Assembly: GCA_051362555.1 (NCBI GenBank)
Contig: CM120641.1
Span: 13,702,001 to 13,766,000 of the forward strand
Direction: 5' to 3'
Source: Lingula anatina
Taxonomy: Eukaryota > Animalia > Brachiopoda
DNA: 64,000 bases
Position numbers and translations under genes: made by a program. The notes below the pieces were generated by a model that saw only the letters and a program-made list of their open reading frames with translations, searched no databases and was not told where the DNA came from. The first letter of the stretch is position 1. Each line of letters opens with the position of its first letter. Of the stretch, positions 63,792-64,000 are shown one piece after another.

Positions 63792-64000
63792 TAGTTATTT
63801 GTAGCAGCAGTCTGTCTGATCAGCGTGTTGGCATCTTTTTATTTGACTAGTTTGTTGTCATGACTACAAATTGCTGTCAATCAAGAAACTGGATCAGTCC
63901 AGAATTCCTTGGTACTAGCAACAGGTTCTTTGTCAAAACAACACTGTCTCCGTAAGTGTAATGTATGCGTTATCTCATAGAACATTTGGGTTAGGACCAC

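Overview
AT-rich, intron-containing genomic DNA from an invertebrate animal (protostome-type MRTF basic region; probably a lophotrochozoan such as a mollusc, which is inference). Eight spliced protein-coding genes can be assembled by hand from GT-AG exons: the 3' part of MRTF/myocardin (+), LYRM1 (-), TAB1 (+), DCUN1D3 (+), an uncharacterised PH-domain phosphotyrosine docking protein (-), a divergent SLC10 transporter (+), CNOT3 (-) and the first coding exon of probable CEP131 (+). Six of them form three head-to-head pairs. Introns and UTRs carry several non-autonomous DNA transposons (two clean PIF/Harbinger elements, a foldback element, a 2-kb TIR element, a Helentron-like element, a hAT-like MITE) and simple repeats. 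No rRNA, tRNA or CRISPR array was seen. The best leads are: a TAB1 that keeps the PP2C metal-binding residues lost in the vertebrate pseudophosphatase; a PH-domain protein with a PAG/Cbp-like tyrosine-motif tail; an SLC10 that has lost Na+-site ligands; miR-1/miR-133 seed sites in the MRTF 3'UTR; and synteny with human loci. Exon coordinates were read manually and have no transcript support.
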